From NCBI GenBank assembly GCA_965644295.1, contig CBFFRP010000066.1, forward strand, positions 372,001 through 436,000: a DNA stretch of 64,000 nt. Direction: 5' to 3'. Positions 13,889-24,979 of this stretch are shown piece after piece (positions within the stretch are counted from its first letter, which is position 1; every line of letters starts with the position of its first letter). Both the position numbers and the translations under genes were made by a program. The notes under the pieces are model-generated. The model did not search any database and was not told the DNA's origin. It was given only the letters and a program-made list of their open reading frames with translations. Origin of the DNA: Paraphysomonas bandaiensis (taxonomy: Eukaryota; Protista; Chrysophyceae).

Positions 13889-16800
13889 GGGAAATATTAT
13901 TCAACCTAGTCAAATTGGTTGAATTACCTAGTCACGCTATTTTTGGTGGAATAACCTAGTCAAAGTAATAAATGACTCAACCTAGTCAACTTTGGTATTC
14001 AACCTAGTCGTTCTTATATCCATTGATTACACACTGTGACTGTCTAAGATACCATCTCACACCACACAATATATTAGTGGCTTACAGAGCATCAAAACAA
14101 ACACTCGAACATAACAATAAGCTCATATATACATATCTACATAACACAGATGTACGTGTATGTCTATCTAGCCTATCTGTAGCATGTATGCATATAGCGA
14201 TGGGTCCCTGTGAGTGTTATGGGGAGGAGGGTGCATGAAGCTGTGGGCATAACTCACTCTATGATCCGCAGGACATCTTGAGATCTTCATATGCTGGGAG
14301 TGATGGCGCTCATCTTCCTTCACTTCAGCACTGAATGACTTCGATTGCTGTATTGGCTTTCAGGGGTGCATAAATCTCCCTATTTTTAGTCCAACGAAGA
14401 AAAAAAGGAGGTTTTCAGGGAACAAACTTCTAAAAGCAGCATCATTGAAGTGGACTGTAGAGCAGCATCAATCAGAACATCAGCATCATGAGTGTGTCAT
14501 CAGTCTTACAGCATCATGAGTGTGTCATCAGTCTTACAGCATCATGAGTGTGTCATCAGTCTTACAGCATCATGAGTGTGTCATCAGTCTTACAGCATCA
14601 TGAGTGTGTCATCAGTCTTACAGCATCATGAGTGTGTCATCAGAACATCAGCATCATGAGTGTGTCATCAGTCTTACAGCATCATGAGTGTGTCATCAGT
14701 CTTACAGCATCATGAGTGTGTCATCAGAACATCAGCATCATGAGTGTGTCATCAGAACATCAGCATCATGAGGAGTGTGTCATCAGTCTTACAGCATCAT
14801 CATGAGGAGTGTGTCATCAGTCTTACAGCATCATCATCATGAGTGTGTCATCAGTCTTACAGCATCATCATCATGAGTGTGTCATCAGTCTTACAGCATC
14901 ATCATGAGGAGTGTGTCATCAGTCTTACAGCATCATGAGTGTGTCATCAGAACATCAGCATCATGAGTGTGTCATCAGAACATCAGCATCATGAGGAGTG
15001 TGTCATCAGTCTTACAGCATCATCATGAGGAGTGTGTCATCAGTCTTACAGCATCATCATCATGAGTGTGTCATCAGTCTTACAGCATCATCATCATGAG
15101 TGTGTCATCAGTCTTACAGCATCATCATGAGGAGTGTGTCATCAGTCTTACAGCATCATGAGTGTGTCATCAGAACATCAGCATCATGAGTGTGTCATCA
15201 GTCTTACAGCATCATGAGTGTGTCATCAGAACATCAGCATCATGAGTGTGTCATCAGAACATCAGCATCATGAGGAGTGTGTCATCAGTCTTACAGCATC
15301 ATCATGAGGAGTGTGTCATCAGTCTTACAGCATCATCATGAGGAGTGTGTCATCAGTCTTACAGCATCATCATGAGGAGTGTGTCATCAGTCTTACAGCA
15401 TCATCATCATGAGTGTGTCATCAGTCTTACAGCATCATCATCATGAGTGTGTCATCAGTCTTACAGCATCATCATGAGGAGTGTGTCATCAGTCTTACAG
15501 CATCATGAGTGTGTCATCAGAACATCAGCATCATGAGTGTGTCATCAGTCTTACAGCATCATGAGTGTGTCATCAGAACATCAGCATCATGAGTGTGTCA
15601 TCAGTCTTACAGCATCATCATGAGGAGTGTGTCATCAGTCTTACAGCATCATGAGTGTGTCATCAGAACATCAGCATCATGAGTGTGTCATCAGAACATC
15701 AGCATCATGAGTGTGTCATCAGTCTTACAGCATCATGAGTGTGTCATCAGTCTTACAGCATCATGAGTGTGTCATCAGTCTTACAGCATCATGAGTGTGT
15801 CATCAGAACATCAGCATCATGAGTGTGTCATCAGAACATCAGCATCATGAGGAGTGTGTCATCAGTCTTACAGCATCATCATGAGGAGTGTGTCATCAGT
15901 CTTACAGCATCATCATGAGGAGTGTGTCATCAGTCTTACAGCATCATGAGTGTGTCATCAGAACATCAGCATCATGAGTGTGTCATCAGTCTTACAGCAT
16001 CATGAGTGTGTCATCAGAACATCAGCATCATGAGTGTGTCATCAGTCTTACAGCATCATGAGTGTGTCATCAGTCTTACAGCATCATGAGTGTGTCATCA
16101 GAACATCAGCATCATGAGTGTGTCATCAGTCTTACAGCATCATGAGTGTGTCATCAGTCTTACAGCATCATCATGAGGAGTGTGTCATCAGTCTTACAGC
16201 ATCATCATGAGGAGTGTGTCATCAGTCTTACAGCATCATCATGAGGAGTGTGTCATCAGTCTTACAGCATCATCATCATGAGTGTGTCATCAGTCTTACA
16301 GCATCATCATGAGGAGTGTGTCATCAGTCTTACAGCATCATCATGAGGAGTGTGTCATCAGTCTTACAGCATCATGAGTGTGTCATCAGTCTTACAGTAT
16401 CATGAAGATTGTGTCATCAGTCTTACAGCATCATCATCATGAGTGTGTCATCAGTCTTACAGTATCATGAGGAGTGTGTCATCAGTCTTACAGCATCATG
16501 AGTGTGTCATCAGTCTTACAGCATCATGAGTGTGTCATCAGTCTTACAGCATCATGAGTGTGTCATCAGTCTTACAGCATCATCATGAGGAGTGTGTCAT
16601 CAGTCTTACAGCATCATCATGAGGAGTGTGTCATCAGTCTTACAGCATCATCATCATGAGTGTGTCATCAGTCTTACAGCATCATCATGAGGAGTGTGTC
16701 ATCAGTCTTACAGCATCATGAGTGTGTCATCAGTCTTACAGTATCATGAGGAGTGTGTCATCAGTCTTACAGTATCATGAAGATTGTGTCATCAGTCTTA

Positions 16801-18048
16801 CAGCATCATCATCATGAGTGTGTCATCAGTCTTACAGCATCATCATCATGAGTGTGTCATCAGTCTTACAGCATCATCATGAGTGTGTCATCAGTCTTAC
16901 AGCATCATCATGAGGAGTGTGTCATCAGTCTTACAGCATCATCATGAGGAGTGTGTCATCAGTCTTACAGCATCATGAGTGTGTCATCAGTCTTACAGTA
17001 TCATGAGGAGTGTGTCATCAGTCTTACAGTATCATGAAGATTGTGTCATCAGTCTTACAGCATCATCATGAGGAGTGTGTCATCAGTCTTACAGCATCAT
17101 CATGAGGAGTGTGTCATCAGTCTTACAGCATCTTGCTTTCTGACTGGCTTATGAGTATGTCGTATTTTGGATTCAGGTCCTCTGAACTGTAAGTGTATGA
17201 CTAGGTTTTATATTGTACTGATGCGTTTTAATAGAGTACGGATCACTGTATTATAGGTACCACAGCATATATATGTTGTAAGGGAGGAAGCTTACAAAAT
17301 CAAGAGCGAAACCTATATTATTATCGTTCTTGTCTACAGCTGCCCGCGCTGTGGGTACTAGCAGCTATTGATCCTACCTCTAGAGAGGTATGTGCAATAG
17401 ATATGTACTCTGCATTTATATATTACAATATATTTTGCGTTCTTGTGACTGTTGATCATTGTATGACACAATATGTTTCACAATCTTGTGAGTGCTAATC
17501 ATTGTATGACAGGCACCACAGTATAATATTATGTATGTTGTACGGGAGATCTCTTAATAATCAAGTGCAAACCCAATATCGCTTGTGAGGTATGTAAAAT
17601 ACATTTATAACTCTCTACATATCTTAATTATGTGCTCAGGGAACATTGATGTGAAGCACATGTTGATCTCCATCAAGACTCACAATGCAGCGAGGTGTCC
17701 CTCATCAACGGTGAACCCACCGATGTCATGGCCCTTGGGAAGCTATGGAATTGCACCGGACATGGTCACGAGAAATTGTCCAATTTCTCATTGGAATGCA
17801 ACGTTATAATGTTATGTATTGCATGTATACAATATCTACATTTATCAATTCATGGCTAGAGTATGCTCCCATGTTTGAATGAAAATTTTTATTTTTGACT
17901 AGGTGAATACCATAAAACCTAGTCATTGTAAACTGAAAATATGAATTATTAAATGACTAGGTTTTTCAACCGCTTGACTAGGTTTTTACACCAATTTTGG
18001 TGTGACTAGGAGATTACACCAATTTGACTAGGTTCAATAATAGATCCC
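13889..18048. mobile_element. Non-autonomous Mutator-like (MULE) DNA transposon, 4160 bp, 10-bp TSD
   Basis: Left end GGGAAATATTATTCAACCTAGTCAAATTGGT; right end (reverse complement) GGGATCTATTATTGAACCTAGTCAAATTGGT. Multiple subterminal CCTAGTCA / TGACTAGG motifs are present. The direct repeat TTTTTTAACC occurs at 13879-13888 and 18049-18058. There is no transposase ORF. G-terminal TIRs with a 9-10-bp TSD fit MULEs. Confidence 0.85.
14465..17132. repeat. ~2.7-kb minisatellite, 28-bp core GTGTGTCATCAG(TCTTA|AACAT)CAGCATCATGA with variable CAT/GAG triplet numbers
   Basis: Directly visible, roughly 90 units of 28-34 bp, located inside the MULE-like element. Confidence 0.97.
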
Positions 18049-18134
18049 TTTTTTAACCCCAACCCCAATTTCAATTGGGGCTATCTCTTCGAGAGTTTCC
18101 AATTACAACCGCAAGCTTGCGGTTGTAATTATCT

Positions 18135-18257
18135 CTCCTTGCTAATTTAACTTTATAACTTATTATTAATAACTTAATTACTAAATTCCATTATCCTACT
18201 ATTTAAAGCTACGGAAGCTGCTTGTGCGTCCCCGCAAGCACCAAGGTGCAACCACTT
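18135..18257 (-). mobile_element. Copy A (3' module only) of the dispersed structured element family
   Basis: GCTACGGAAGCTGCTTGTGCGTCCCCGCAAGCACCAAGGTGCAACCACT at 18208-18256 matches the copies at ~23260, ~50165 and ~62011. Confidence 0.7.
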
Positions 18258-18979
18258 CCGTTGCCATTCCCTAAGCTAATGTATAGATACCATTGATTTG
18301 AAACAATAAATTTGATTTTTCATTTGTTCTCTTAATATTAATGAGGGAGCACCTATTTCCTTTAACAGCAAGCAAGTTACAACTTATCAAAGTTTGACAT
18401 TATACGAGAAGTATTAACTTTACAACAGAAAGTAAAGTTATACTCAATGCTGAGAATTATAAAGTTTAATCAACATCTCTTATCATTCACCAATTTCATG
18501 TTGTCTCTGCACCACGCATTTCTCGTACGATTGTACTTCGTCACTACAACTTCCATCGTCACTATATTCCGTTTTACTACTATATATATACTTATCGTCA
18601 TTCATTCTCACAGTACGATTAATAAGAGTACAACTGTATACTACTGTAATTAAAATACCTTATAACTACAGCTTTCAATTGCTCTCCAATATTGCAGAAC
18701 TCAACTCAACTTCTTCGTAGCTTTACATTCTAGATAGAGTAGAATTTTTTATTCGTCCTTGCTTTTGAGCGTGGGACAATATAGCCTTCTCATTACCCGT
18801 GGTTAAATATAACGATATGGCCTGTTGTTGTTTCAACAGGAAGATATAGCAACTGTAAAAGATAAAAAACTGAGTAATAAGTATGATTTATTACTATCAG
18901 TTACTGGTGCAGTACTGACACATTTCACCAACGAGGTATCGACTGTTTCCTATACTCAATTCAAATTTCCGGGGTATAT

Positions 18980-21595
18980 TTAGGACATGCTTCCACATAT
19001 ATCCATGTACAAGTCCTTGAGTGGGCTCGACAAGAGTCCCGATCTGCTGCTATCTCTAGAGCGCTCTGAGAGCAGCTTGAGAAAGAATATAATTGCCAAA
19101 AACGAGTTTTGTCTCCCTTCTGGTACAACGAGTTCCATCGACGACGAGTCCTCCTCGAAGTATATGTTAAAATGGGGTGGGCGCCGTGCTCTTTGCACCA
19201 ACACAACATTGCTCAAGGGATGCTGATGGTGATGGTGGGTTGGGGCAAGCCTGCCTCCAACACCGCGGTTAATTCCAGGACCATACGCTACAGCTACGGC
19301 CAAATCCGTATGATAATGACTTGCACTGTACATGTGTCAGACAGGAATATACACACGGTCAATGCTAATGCAGCAGAATACATCAGGTAGCAGCTCCTCC
19401 ATGCACGAACAAAATACGTGGAAATACTGTAACCATAACTGACCTGAATGTTCGTGAGCCGTCGTTCAACCCCCACGATGCACGCCTATCACAGTAGTGC
19501 ATGAATATCGCCACAACTAGCTCCGAGTCGGAGAGAAAATCCTTGTTGCCCTCGAGTTGGCTACCATCCCTATATAATTCCAATAAAATGCACGCACAAA
19601 GGCATCACAAAATATTCGTCGACAATGCAAACTCAAGTTGAGGTAAAGGTTACAAAATAATGACATACAGCATTATAATACTTGTACTTCATGGAATTAA
19701 ATCAATATTCACTCGTCAATATCGCGCCACCCGGAACCCACCAGGTGAATTTTCCGAGTCTACCATCAGTCGCCAGCTCGCGGCATCGTTGTATAGCATA
19801 TTCCACTGAAAATACAATTCACACACACATCAACAAAAGAAATAAAGAAGAAATACTATCCTCGCCCACTTCATGCCACGTGGCATATATACGCGAAAGC
19901 AGACTTACCGGATGCTGGAGAGGGTTGTCTACCGTCTGAGCATGGAAGGTGAAAAAGGGGAAGTAGAGACTCGTATTTCTGTAGGTTTTCCAGTAGAGTT
20001 CCTCCTAGGGTAGGATCCTGCTGTTTGGCAGCCAGATTCTGCAAGTGTACATTATAAAACGAAACATAGGAAATGGGGTACAAGCGATATTTTACTGCAC
20101 AGGATACAGTGATAAATAGTACCAACACATGTACATGTTACAAAGCGCATACGCGGCAGGGTATTCATAAAAAAATATGTACACTATCAGAACAGCCCTT
20201 ACCCCGGATGAAGCAAATGCATAGTAGTCCTCCAAAGAGTGAGTGCCCGCCCGCTGGTGCATCCCCATACGACCGATGCCACTGAAGTGTATAAAAATAA
20301 GACACCAGCAGCTATTTACTAAAAAAAAGAATTATACTCACGGGGACGAGAACTCAAGTACCCCAGCGGCTTCTTCTCTAGAAAATCCCCCATGCTCTAG
20401 TTGCCGGGAAATTACACCTACCAATACACTGAATCTGTACAACCACCGTGAACACAATCTTCCTATCGAGATATATATCCATACAAAAGCCCACCTTTGC
20501 AAGCTTTCCTTAAGATGCCTCGCCAAACACTTACGCAGATTATCAACACCTCTGTCATACAGATACATGTCGTCATCTGGTATCCCCAAAACCTCCATTA
20601 CATCCCTAAGAACACGTGGTGTGTGGCGACGGGAGTGGGCAGGGCTGGAACCACCTACAAACAGAGCACCAGCATACTTAGCTCGTACAATGTTTAGTTC
20701 TCACACGCTAAATTACAAATATGAATGCTATATATTCTAATCTAAAACTTAAGGAGCATGTACGAACTCTTTCTACATATTGACGGCTGTACCAGAATTA
20801 AAACCATGCCCATGAGACATGGAAGGAGACTGCATGTGGTTCATAGGAGATACAGGAGGAGAAGTATGATACACGTGACTACGAGACACTAAAGCTGACT
20901 GAGGTGAGTTCATCGGCATCCCCATAGACTGTCCAGTACGGCTGTATGGAGAGGAGACCCGACGCTGTAGTGGGACAGCATGGTCGGACGATCCACGCGT
21001 ACGTTGAGGAGGAGACACACAACCAGCGGTAGCATTGCCGCCGGCGGAGGGAGAATCATAAGACGCCAGTTTCATTCGTTCGCGAGCAGAAAATGCATCA
21101 AAATTTCCCATATCATTGTATGCTGTTCCTGGTGTACCTCTTCCTTTACTGGGAGATCGAAGAGTTATAGGAGACTTCTCCTTCCCAACACCTGCTATAC
21201 ACACATCTCACATTCAACCTCATATATATATATATATATATCTTACATGCCAACTCCTGAGTTCCAAGACACTGAGATGCATTCTGGGAAGTGTCTCTTT
21301 GCATACCAGAGACAGAAGAGTGATACGATATGCCTAAAAGTTTTTTTTGTTTGTCGTTAAGTTTCATATGAACGTAACCGTTCGGTCCTCTCATATACAT
21401 ATATATGAAGACAGCCCCGATCAGCCCCATGAGGATCTCTATGAGAGTCCCTGTGATCCCTGAGATCACTGGATGAGTGTGATGGAGGGCCATGAGTCCA
21501 GTTGATATGAATATTCCCCATAGAAGACCCACACGAGCTGATCTCTTTGATTTCTGATATTTACAGTACTCTGAGAGGGAATTGGAGTCGTTCAT
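18980..21595 (-). CDS. TMEM209: TMEM209-like nuclear envelope/pore membrane protein (multi-exon)
   Basis: Two N-terminal TM helices (VGLLWGIFISTGLMAL; TLIEILMGLIGAVFIYMYM) followed by LNDKQKKLLG and an S/P-rich middle. Later exons contain the family-like motifs YAIQRCRELATDGRLGKFTWW, FLSDSELVVAIFMHYCD and PPHFNIY...EGRQNSFLAIIFFL. Internal exon boundaries are not all resolved. Confidence 0.8.
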
Positions 21596-21714
21596 GAGAT
21601 TGGGAGGAGAGGAAATAGAGGGGAAGACATGTGAGGGGTGTTCGATTGGAGTGTTGGATATATATGGAGGAGTAAACTGTGTGTGTATGTGTTGTGTGGT
21701 TATTATATGGGGAA

Positions 21715-22050
21715 TATATGCATGTATATGTGCTGCTGTATATACACACAGTACGAGAGGTATGTACTGCTGTAAATACATACAGTACGAGAGGTATGTA
21801 CTGCTGTATATGTACTGCTGTATATACATACCATACGAGAGGTATGTACTGCTGTATATGTACTGCTGTATATGTACTGCTGTATATACATACGGTACGA
21901 GAGGTATGTACTGCTGCACATACACTGCTGCTGTATGTACGAGAGGTTTGTACTGCTGTATATACAGTACGAGAGGTATGTACTGCTGCACATATAGTGC
22001 TGTATGTACGAGAGGTATGTACTGCTCTATATGTATTGCTGTATATGTAA
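21715..22050. repeat. Degenerate minisatellite of GTACGAGAGG and TATGTACTGCTG units
   Basis: About 6 copies of TACGAGAGGTATGTACTGCTG separated by TA/CA-rich spacers, just upstream of the TMEM209-like start codon. Confidence 0.9.
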
Positions 22051-22447
22051 TCATGACGAGTAATAGAGAAAATATGGGTACTATTTTTTGTACATTTTTT
22101 GTACGTAGTGGGCCTATTTCTCGCAGCTCCAAGTGACCATTGACAGTCACCCCTACATAAATACCCAGATTTTTATGATTCTAGCTAGATTTTTTAGGCA
22201 TTTATATACAGTATTATGCAATTTTTGCAACCAATCATACCCATTTGTGGACTGAATCTACTTTTCAGTTTTCAGTTTTCAGTTGAAGGTATCTTTTTTA
22301 GGTGCATTGCTTTGGACAAACTCTGGAGTTGTCCCTCTTCAAGACACCACCTCCCTGTATATATATACACATACACATCCACTCTCATTCACTTACACAT
22401 AACGTCACTATTCATATAATAAATATTAAAGTAAAGACTTTCATAAC

Positions 22448-22920
22448 ATGTCAAAAGCAGTCAGTTCCTTATACGAATGTGTCATGTGTCATGAGGTGAA
22501 GAGTAAGTTCCTCATGGCGGATGGTGAGCAACTGTGTCTGCAGTGTCGACAAACGGAGAGACTATCGAGCTGTAAACCCACAACCACCTTCCAAACGACC
22601 TCATATCCTTCATACTCGCAGTCTTTCTGTCTCTATTGTGAGAGAACAGGACACCTTGTGAGTCGATGCCCTGAGCGTGCCCACGATTATCAATATGAGG
22701 TACATATGCATCACATGTGGTATACTTTGATAAACATCATATTATACTGTCAATGTAGTTGTGTGTGTAATATGTAACTGTTTAGGTGGAGGAGGAGACA
22801 ATGGTACAGAGGGAATATGATCGACAAATGAACTTTAAGACTCGCAGGAACGAGGAAAAGTCTGCAGTTCGTTATAACAACGAAACACATCATCAAAGAC
22901 ACAGGCGTAGGGATTATTAG
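22448..22920 (+). CDS. Small zinc-finger protein (CxxC...CxxC plus CCHC zinc knuckle), 128 aa, 2 exons
   Basis: join(22448..22699,22786..22920). Motifs: CVMC-x15-CLQC and CLYCERTGHLVSRC (CX2CX4HX4C), with a basic C-terminal tail. Confidence 0.7.
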
Positions 22921-23161
22921 ACACACCCTGGAGAGGAGAGAGTCCTTTGGATTCAGTTTAATTATCAATAATGGGAGTGTAATATAACTTTAAATAAAAA
23001 AGTTTACCCTAAATGTACAACTTAGTACTTTATAGCTTTCTTTTGAGCTAAAAACGGATTTTAATATAAACGATAGAATATAGAAACCTACACGCGGAAG
23101 CTAAAATATAAGCTAAGAAATACCCCTTGGAGTTACAACCAACTTTAAAAATATTATAGAC

Positions 23162-23385
23162 AGTGTCTTGTTATTAGCAATAGGTGTTTAAGTGTCAAAA
23201 CTAATGTAGCAAAACAATTTAACAAACTAGTGCTTAACTCTGGTGTCCTATAATTTGGCGCTACGAAAGCTGCTTGTGCGCCACCGCAAGCACCAATGTG
23301 CAACCACTTTTGCTATATTAACACTATACTTAAAACAAAGACTGATGATAGATGTATACAATACCAACCAAAGTAAAGTTGAGGG
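23162..23385 (-). mobile_element. Copy B (internally deleted) of the dispersed structured element family
   Basis: Contains TTATTAGCAATAGG...AACAATTT...ACTAGTGC...CGCTACGAAAGCTGCTTGTGCGCCACCGCAAGCACCAATGTGCAACCACT and ends GTTGAGGG like copies C and D. No TSD was found. Confidence 0.7.
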
Positions 23386-23386
23386 G

Positions 23387-24034
23387 CATTGGCTCCTCCG
23401 CTAAGCGTCTCAGATGTTTCCACAACCACGCTCTGATGGACGCGACTGCCTACTTTTATCAGAAGCATGCTTGGAGCGACAAATTGGTGTTTCTACAGTG
23501 GTTTTGCTTCACATTGTGAGCAGCGACGGATGAGTCAGCGCTATTGATTATGAATAATCATAGTTCCCACAATGACTTGATATATCCGAGGGGCAAATTG
23601 AGGGCTTGTCCCCAAATGTGACGTCGAAGGTACAGCCGATAGACGCCGGTATCATCAACACGTTGAAGACGCACTACAGCTACCAGCTGTTACGCTGTTA
23701 CAATACACTGTGGCAGTAGACCTGGGGAAGCCGCTGCCAGATGATTATCCACGTCGTGCACTTGCTTCTGGAAGGAAAGCGAACGTCAGGAATATCATCC
23801 ACATCACTGGACAAGCATGAGACAGAGTGGATGAAAACATCGTTGTGGAGTGTTGGATTAATGCTGGAATGCTTTCAGAGCAAGAAAAGTGTTTACTCGC
23901 GCGATCGCACGGAAAGTCGATGTCAATTCCAGCTGAATATGATGACTCAGCTTGCGCTCAGTAATTTAGAGGACGTGTCTTGCGTGAAATTGACTAACAT
24001 TGCCATGAGAGGGGTCCAATTGCTAGAATCATAG
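23387..24034 (+). pseudogene. pogo/CENP-B-type (DDE_1) transposase fragment, frameshifted
   Basis: Conceptual pieces: IGSSAKRLRCF, YQKHAWSDKLVFLQWF, PNVTSKVQPIDAGIINTLKTHY and GQA*DRVDENIVVECWINAGML. These match the hallmark pogo motifs IGKxxxPRCF, AWM, LPPNxTSxxQPxDxGII and AW..CW. Confidence 0.85.
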
Positions 24035-24265
24035 TTCAAACATGTTATATAACCCTTGACAATTATAAGACCAACATACTGTGTGTATCTCTTCGTACTG
24101 ATGGCTATGCATCTTCGTGCTGATCTATGAGTTGGATTCACGTTAAATTGATGACAAACAGCATGATTTTACCAACTTTTACGTGATTATACATACAAAT
24201 TTCCCCCATTTTCAGTTTAATTTGGAGGTTTTACGACAAAAAAGATCAGTTTTCCAGAGTGCACG

Positions 24266-24281
24266 AAAAAAAAGACAAAAA
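24266..24281 (-). terminator. RNA polymerase III oligo-T terminator of the 5S gene
   Basis: TTTTTGTCTTTTTTTT immediately 3' of the 5S sequence. Confidence 0.85.
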
Positions 24282-24399
24282 CGGACAGTACCCGGACTTC
24301 GCACGTGGTCACCCACCGTACTACTAACCGGGCCAGATGCAACTTAACTTCCGCGAGCGGAACGAGAGCGGGTGCGGTTTGCATTGTATGACCGTCCAT
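24281..24399 (-). rRNA. 5S ribosomal RNA (119 nt)
   Basis: ATGGACGGTCATAC...GAAGTTAAG...GGTTAGTAGTACGGTGGGTGACCACGTGCGAAGTCCGGGTACTGTCCGT. The terminal stem pairs (AUGGACGGU/ACUGUCCGU) and the internal box A and box C regions are present. Confidence 0.96.
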
Positions 24400-24734
24400 A
24401 CTAATTGTACGAAATTTATTACATAGAAAACCTTTTAAATTTTTGTGTAGTGTATGTAGATATTTTGACTGTGTATGTGTGCTATGGACAGAGTGTGTAG
24501 ATATAGCAGTATCATAGAAGTATACTGTTGTATTCCACCTCATTATACCGTACCTAACCACAGCAATCTTACCGCTCATTCCATCCAATAAAATACCTTT
24601 ATTCTCTTATACCAACTTCTTATTCGTTCAATATCATCACTATTTCTTCAACCTGAAACTGTTGAGCTTTAAAAAATTGTCCGTTGAGTGCTCTATACAT
24701 ACACACACATATACAGGCATACATATACATACAC

Positions 24735-24828
24735 ACATACATACATACATACATACATACATACATACATACATACATACATACATACATACATACATAC
24801 ATACATACATACATACATACATACATAC
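24735..24828. repeat. (CATA)n microsatellite
   Basis: Directly visible, between the 5S gene and the prominin-like gene. Confidence 0.97.
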
Positions 24829-24979
24829 ACAGAGATGTTCATATAGAGACACATACACACATCTCCTCATCTATATATACATACATACATACACTAGACA
24901 GAGATAACAACATCGTCTCCAGACGATATTTATATTAACCACTATATTATAACCCTCTGTGAGGTGTTTGGCTGTATAC

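Noticed and set aside
14465-17132. Possible CRISPR array or hammerhead ribozyme array
   Set aside because: No unique spacers and no cas genes. CTGATGA is present, but the GAAA core and stems required for a hammerhead are missing.
24040-24112. Possible right TIR of the pogo relic (...CAACATACTG)
   Set aside because: No matching left TIR and no TA target site, so it cannot be supported.
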